A stretch of DNA of 63,273 nucleotides, filler included, from Folioceros fuciformis (lineage: Eukaryota): the NCBI GenBank assembly GCA_049999805.1. It is 8 parts of 8 records of this genome, joined end to end, with 100 filler letters (N's around TTAATTAATTAA, not from the genome) between each part and the next. Parts side by side here need not be neighbours in the genome. Positions count along the whole stretch, not along the records: positions 58,264 to 63,273 come from JBNGIO010004673.1; 7 more parts are not named here. One strand, written 5' to 3'. The first letter of the stretch is position 1, and every line of letters starts with the position of its first letter. Under the pieces are notes generated by a model, which worked only from the letters and a program-made list of their open reading frames with translations, was not told where the DNA came from and did no database searches. Shown here one piece after another: positions 63,001-63,273 of the stretch. A program made the translations under genes and the position numbers.

Positions 63001-63273
63001 TATGTCCTAAGCGACAATGCCACAAGGAAATACTTGGTTGTTCCGTTACACAGATCACATGATCCTTAACAGTGGTTACCTGAAGTGAGTACAAATCAAT
63101 CCACGAGCTAACACAAGAGAACCTTTGGAGATCTTCCAAGAATGATCCCCAAACCAACAGTAGTAGCCAGCGTCATCCAACTGCCCTACGCTAATCATGC
63201 TTTTTGTCAACTTCGGAACATGCCTAACATCTTGTGGACTCCACATGCTGAATAGGTCCTTGGAAAATGGTAG
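60044..63273 (-). mobile_element. Ty1/Copia element (integrase, RT, RNase H, 3' LTR ~60044-60330), degenerate, continues beyond the window
   Basis: LWHCRLGH, VHSDVCGP, NNGGEY, PPQNGVAER, CKWVYK..YKARLVAKGF, TKHVEVKYHFIR, in Copia IN-RT-RH order. PPT aagtcggaggt precedes TGTAGG at 60330 on the minus strand. Confidence 0.92.

Overview
Plant nuclear scaffold. Short introns, dense genes and a PLS-class PPR suggest a seed-free land plant such as a hornwort, lycophyte or fern (inference only). The window has 100-N gaps and N-TTAATTAATTAA-N artificial joins. Positions 2-27 kb are gene-dense: TM9SF/TMN1, an NSP5-like Kelch gene, an intronless MSI4/FVE, a chromomethylase (CMT), a PLS-E PPR, a katanin p60 5' fragment, a small two-exon mL60-like gene missed by the ORF track, an AMT1-PP2C.D gene and a conserved membrane protein. 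A SUO-like TFIIS-N gene lies at 35-40 kb. The rest is nested, degenerate Copia and Gypsy LTR retrotransposon sequence. The main finding is an 11-exon, 887-aa gene on the minus strand (24366->20570). In it a complete AMT1 ammonium transporter runs in frame, within one gap-free exon, into a clade-D PP2C phosphatase that keeps its metal-binding aspartates. The AMT pore carries substitutions at key sites, so this is a candidate ammonium-sensing transceptor-phosphatase. Also notable: the CMT has lost two of three BAH aromatic-cage residues, the SUO-like gene lacks its BAH domain, and a Gypsy gag carries a reconstructable 1.9-kb inversion. All gene models were spliced by hand, and family calls come from motif recognition, not database searches.
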